Source: Caedibacter taeniospiralis | Lineage (GTDB): Bacteria > Pseudomonadota > Gammaproteobacteria > Francisellales > Francisellaceae | NCBI RefSeq assembly: GCF_002803295.2 | Contig: NZ_PGGB02000005.1 | Coordinates: 61,969 to 93,968 of the forward strand | Direction of reading: 5' to 3' | DNA: 32,000 bases | Shown: piece by piece, positions 28,715 through 32,000 of the stretch | Layout of the letters: the number at the start of each line of letters is the position of its first letter | How positions within the stretch are numbered: the stretch's first letter is position 1 | Position numbers and translations under genes: made by a program | Notes under the pieces: generated by a model | Told to the model about the DNA's origin: nothing | The model's database searches: none | Seen by the model: the letters and a program-made list of their open reading frames with translations, nothing else

Positions 28715-29536
28715 ATGAAAACTGAAAAAAATTCCTTGATCGAACAAGGATTTGCTCATTTTAAAAACGCGCTGCATCCTTCTGCATTTTCTGCTTTGAG
28801 TGAGGAATATGAACGTCTGGTTGTAAGAGCGCGAGAAATTATAGCTCACACTAAGAAAGAAAATATCAGTTTGGGAGATTATTACCAGCAGCATGATGGC
28901 GAAATTATTGTTGTACCTGAAGCGGAGCAACCGACCGAGCCTTGCCGTTTTGAATATATTGCGCATTGTTCAAAGCGTTTAAATGATGAGGTTGTTCAGT
29001 ATGTGAAAGATTTAATTGAAACGCTAACTGGCGAGTCATTTGTACTGTTTAAAGATAAGTGCAATCTTAAAAATCCAGGAGGCGGTGCTTTTCCTCCACA
29101 CCAGGATATTACTGCATATCGCCATTTCAAGCCAAAGTTCCATATTACTGCGGCAGTCATGCTGGATGACTCAACCGTAGAAAATGGTTGTTTGGAAATG
29201 GCAAGTAATTATCACCAAAGTCTTGGGACTCAAGCATTAGGCATTCTGGATTTTTATGAGGGAGGTCCTCGCAATGGAGACATTAAGGATGAGATTAGTC
29301 AGCAATTTGATTGGAGGTCTATTCCAGCGGCGCCTGGTGATGTAGTGCTTTTTAATTCCTTTGTGCCACATCGATCAGCAAAGAATACTTCGCAAAAGAG
29401 TCGACGGAATTTCTTTTTTACTTTTAATGTGGCTCGAGAAGGCAACTGGTATGAGCATTATTATGCTGCAAAAAAGCTGGACTTTAATAATCCGATGTTT
29501 CATGTTTCGACCCCAACGCAGCATCGAGGCAAGTAA
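28715..29536 (+). CDS. Phytanoyl-CoA dioxygenase (PhyH)-family Fe/2OG oxygenase
   Basis: FKDKCNLKNPGGGAFPPHQDITAYRHF (HxD), GCLEMASNYHQSLG, APGDVVLFNSFVPHRSAKNTSQKSRRNFFFTFN (distal His and Arg). Confidence 0.88.
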   Translation: MKTEKNSLIEQGFAHFKNALHPSAFSALSEEYERLVVRAREIIAHTKKENISLGDYYQQHDGEIIVVPEAEQPTEPCRFEYIAHCSKRLNDEVVQYVKDLIETLTGESFVLFKDKCNLKNPGGGAFPPHQDITAYRHFKPKFHITAAVMLDDSTVENGCLEMASNYHQSLGTQALGILDFYEGGPRNGDIKDEISQQFDWRSIPAAPGDVVLFNSFVPHRSAKNTSQKSRRNFFFTFNVAREGNWYEHYYAAKKLDFNNPMFHVSTPTQHRGK

Positions 29537-30628
29537 ATGAGTAAACAGGCACGTTTATTTACCCCAGGACCTTTAAATACTTCACAACAGGTTAAGGCAT
29601 CGATGCAGATTGACCTTGGAAGCCGTACCGAGACACTTGCCGATTTGACTCAGAATATTCGGAATGAGCTTGAGTCTATTGCTGAATGCGGGAAAGAGTG
29701 TACCTCTGTTCTGTTGCAGGGAAGCGGCACTTTTGCTGTGGAGGCAATGCTAAGTACGTTGATTCAGGCAGATGATTGTGTATTGGTCATATCTAATGGT
29801 GTATATGGTGACCGGATGGCTAAAATATGCCAGATACATGGACTGCCTTTTTTTGTCTTGCAGCAGGACCCAGCGGCTCCGATTCAGCTTGATGAGGTTG
29901 AGAAATTTCTCAAAAATGAGCCATGCATCACACACATTGGGGTGGTTCAATTTGAGACTGCTGTAGGGATATTGAATAATATCGACGCTTTACTAGTTTT
30001 AGCTGAGCAGCATGCTTGCAAAGTTTTGGTGGATGCAATGAGTTCCTTTGGAGCATTACCATTGCCCTATCAAAGTACTGCTTTGGTTGCGGTAGTATCT
30101 TCGGCGAATAAATGCCTACATGGAGTGCCTGGGTTAGCATTTGTCCTAGTCCGCTTGGAAAGCCTATTGCGTTCTCGCGTAACCCGCTCATTAAGTTTAG
30201 ATTTAAAGGCTCAGTGGAAATCTTTTGAAGATCAGCATCAATGGCGTTTTACTCCACCCACGCATTGTTTGCTTGCTTTTCAACAAGCTTTATTGGAGTT
30301 TAAGCAGGCAGGTGGCATGCAGGCTCGCCTCAAAAAATATCAAGCACTCAATGAGCAATTGATAGCGGGATTAGAGCAGCTTGGCATCTATCCCGCTATT
30401 CCAGAATCATACCGTGTCCCGATGATTACGACCTTTTTGCTCAAGAACATCAAAATCAATTTTAATGATCTGTACACTGCCTTGTTTGAGCAAGGATTAG
30501 TGATTTATCCTAGCAGTTTTCTGGCAGAAAAAAGCTTTCGGGTCGGGTGCATTGGCGAACTTGATGCGAGAGATATCGAGAGATTAGTTTCTGCGATTAA
30601 ACAGGTACTTTTACAAAATGAAAAATAA
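29537..30628 (+). CDS. phnW: 2-aminoethylphosphonate-pyruvate transaminase (PhnW)-like class V aminotransferase
   Basis: LFTPGPLNTS, VLLQGSGTFAVEAML, SNGVYGDRMAKI, ITHIGVVQFETAVGILNNI, VDAMSSFGALPL, SSANKCLHGVPGLAFVL, WRFTPPTHCLLAFQQAL. Confidence 0.88.
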   Translation: MSKQARLFTPGPLNTSQQVKASMQIDLGSRTETLADLTQNIRNELESIAECGKECTSVLLQGSGTFAVEAMLSTLIQADDCVLVISNGVYGDRMAKICQIHGLPFFVLQQDPAAPIQLDEVEKFLKNEPCITHIGVVQFETAVGILNNIDALLVLAEQHACKVLVDAMSSFGALPLPYQSTALVAVVSSANKCLHGVPGLAFVLVRLESLLRSRVTRSLSLDLKAQWKSFEDQHQWRFTPPTHCLLAFQQALLEFKQAGGMQARLKKYQALNEQLIAGLEQLGIYPAIPESYRVPMITTFLLKNIKINFNDLYTALFEQGLVIYPSSFLAEKSFRVGCIGELDARDIERLVSAIKQVLLQNEK

Positions 30629-31694
30629 CCGTATTACAGGTCCCACTGATTTGCCCCCTGAGGTAAGAAATGCAATCAATCAACAGATGATCAGTCATCG
30701 CAGTGACGAATTCAAAAGTGTTTTTGCCAGAGCTTCTAAGAAACTTCAAACGCTTCTGCATTCCAAAAATATCCCTTTGTTTTTAAGCTGCTCAGGTACA
30801 GGTGGATTAGAGGCTGCAATTTTAAATACCCTGCAGAAAGGAAACCGAGTGCTTGTGCTGAGTGCAGGATATTACGGGGATTTATTTGCTCAAATAGCAA
30901 AAAAGCACTTAGGTGAGCATGTGATGACCCATCAAGTTACGCCAGGCACAGCAATTAGTCCTGAGAAAGTGAAGGAGATTCTTCAGGAGCAAGATTTTGA
31001 TGCGGTCTTGCTAACACATAGTGAAAGCTCAACTGGAGTTTCAAATCCCGTGCCAGAATTAGCTGAGTTGATTCGGCAATACTCGAATGCTTTAATTCTG
31101 GTGGATGCGATTAGCAGTGTAGGCACAACTGAAATTAATATGGAAAAATGGGGTGTGGATGTCATTGTTACTGTCCCACAAAAGGGTCTAATGGCCCCGC
31201 CAGGCTTATCCATGATCGCGATAAGTGACCGAGCTATGGATATTGTGAACAGTGGCTGCGCTCTAGGTTCTTTTTATTTTGATTTTAAACGTGCTTATGA
31301 GGCTACATTAAAGAATCAACCTGCCTTTACCCCTGCAATGTTTTCTGTTTGGGGGATTGATGCAACTTTAGATTTGATCGAAGCTGAGGGTTCTCAGCAG
31401 GTTTTTGCTAGGCACAAGCGATTATCATTATGCTGTCAAAATGGTGTTCTTGCTGCTGGTTTTACACTTTTTGCAGAGAAAGATTTTCGTGCTCCTGGCA
31501 TTACCTCTTTTCGCGTGCCTGCCTCCACCTCTTCTCATGCACTACAAAAATATCTGGAAGAAAAACATCAAATTTTTGTAGGTGTGGGTGTAGGGTCTTG
31601 GGAAAGTGAAGTAATTCGTGTTGGTCACATGGGGTGGGTCTTTGATCAAGACATTGAATCGGTTTCGCAAGCCTTAGCTGAAAGTTGTCTTTAA
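30618..31694 (+). CDS. Class V aminotransferase (alanine/serine-glyoxylate aminotransferase-like)
   Basis: SCSGTGGLEAAILN, HSESSTGVSNPVPELAELI, LVDAISSVGTTEINMEKWGVDVIVTVPQKGLMAPPGLSMIAIS (PLP lysine), IRVGHMGWV. Start overlaps the phnW-like stop by 11 nt. Confidence 0.88.
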   Translation: MKNNRITGPTDLPPEVRNAINQQMISHRSDEFKSVFARASKKLQTLLHSKNIPLFLSCSGTGGLEAAILNTLQKGNRVLVLSAGYYGDLFAQIAKKHLGEHVMTHQVTPGTAISPEKVKEILQEQDFDAVLLTHSESSTGVSNPVPELAELIRQYSNALILVDAISSVGTTEINMEKWGVDVIVTVPQKGLMAPPGLSMIAISDRAMDIVNSGCALGSFYFDFKRAYEATLKNQPAFTPAMFSVWGIDATLDLIEAEGSQQVFARHKRLSLCCQNGVLAAGFTLFAEKDFRAPGITSFRVPASTSSHALQKYLEEKHQIFVGVGVGSWESEVIRVGHMGWVFDQDIESVSQALAESCL

Positions 31695-31699
31695 TTTTT

Positions 31700-31736
31700 A
31701 TTGACCCTCTGCTGTGATAACAGCATAACTGTCAAT
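31700..31736. repeat. Nested hairpin after the last cluster gene
   Basis: ATTGAC (31700-31705) / GTCAAT (31731-31736) enclosing TGCTGT-GATA-ACAGCA (31710-31725). Confidence 0.65.
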
Positions 31737-31776
31737 CACAGGACTAGCATCAATAATGTACGGTTCTGTCGCAGAG

Positions 31777-32000
31777 GTGCGACACGAAGTCGCATATTAG
31801 TGCTGCTTCCCACGTTAAGAGGAAGCCATCTGTGCCACCAGATGAGCCTACCGATCTGAATAAAGAGCGATCGGAACAATGTAATGAAGCGCAGTAATGC
31901 GCGGGGTGAGAATCGCAAGAGGACAACCCTCCTGATAACCATAGATCGGGTGAGTGCTAGGCAGTTAGTATGGCGAATATAGGTGAATCTACGTAGAAAG
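31777..32000 (+). mobile_element. Probable 5' end (domain I) of a bacterial group II intron, running off the window
   Basis: Begins GTGCGAC, the group II 5' consensus GUGYG, then a structured non-coding stretch (GTGCGACACGAAGTCGCAT..., GCGCGGGGTGAGAATCGC..., CTAGGCAGTTAGTATGGCGAATATAGGTG) with no plausible protein. Confidence 0.5.

Noticed and set aside
31736-31942. - strand Arg/Leu-rich 68 aa ORF
   Set aside because: Lies in the probable group II intron RNA; composition is typical of translated structured RNA rather than protein.
1-32000. CRISPR arrays, tRNA or rRNA genes, toxin-antitoxin or phage-defence systems
   Set aside because: No regularly spaced repeats, tRNA-like cloverleaf or CCA end, rRNA core sequence or defence-domain motifs were recognised on reading both strands; a tRNAscan-SE, Infernal and DefenseFinder run would be needed to exclude them fully.

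Overview
The window starts inside a xerD-like recombinase gene. It then crosses ordinary gammaproteobacterial housekeeping loci: lpxH, hldE, mpl, an ArsB/NhaD-type permease, a malQ-glgB-glgA-glgP glycogen operon without glgC, an ArnT-like glycosyltransferase, glnA, rppH and ptsP. The right third (about 20.3-31.7 kb) looks like a compact phosphonate biosynthetic cluster. The + strand carries a PEP mutase gene (diagnostic [10 protein letters not shown] motif), phosphonopyruvate decarboxylase, a class I/II aminotransferase, a PhyH-type Fe/2OG dioxygenase, a PhnW-like 2-AEP transaminase and a second class V aminotransferase. A divergent, tightly coupled operon on the - strand encodes a FemAB/GNAT-like acyltransferase, a Trm112/YcaR-like protein, a SAM methyltransferase, an Asp/Asn beta-hydroxylase-like oxygenase and an SDR. 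A DMT-type membrane protein lies at the far side. The two arms are separated by a decayed IS1595-like transposase. The PEP mutase gene itself looks disrupted or recoded at both ends and carries a Gly-to-Arg change in the conserved W-A-S-G-L-S loop. Other signals: a 48-nt perfect inverted repeat upstream of malQ, a C9 homopolymer in the start of glgB, an alternative-pairing attenuator-like element between glgA and glgP, and a probable group II intron 5' end at the right edge. All assignments come from reading motifs by eye; no database search was run.
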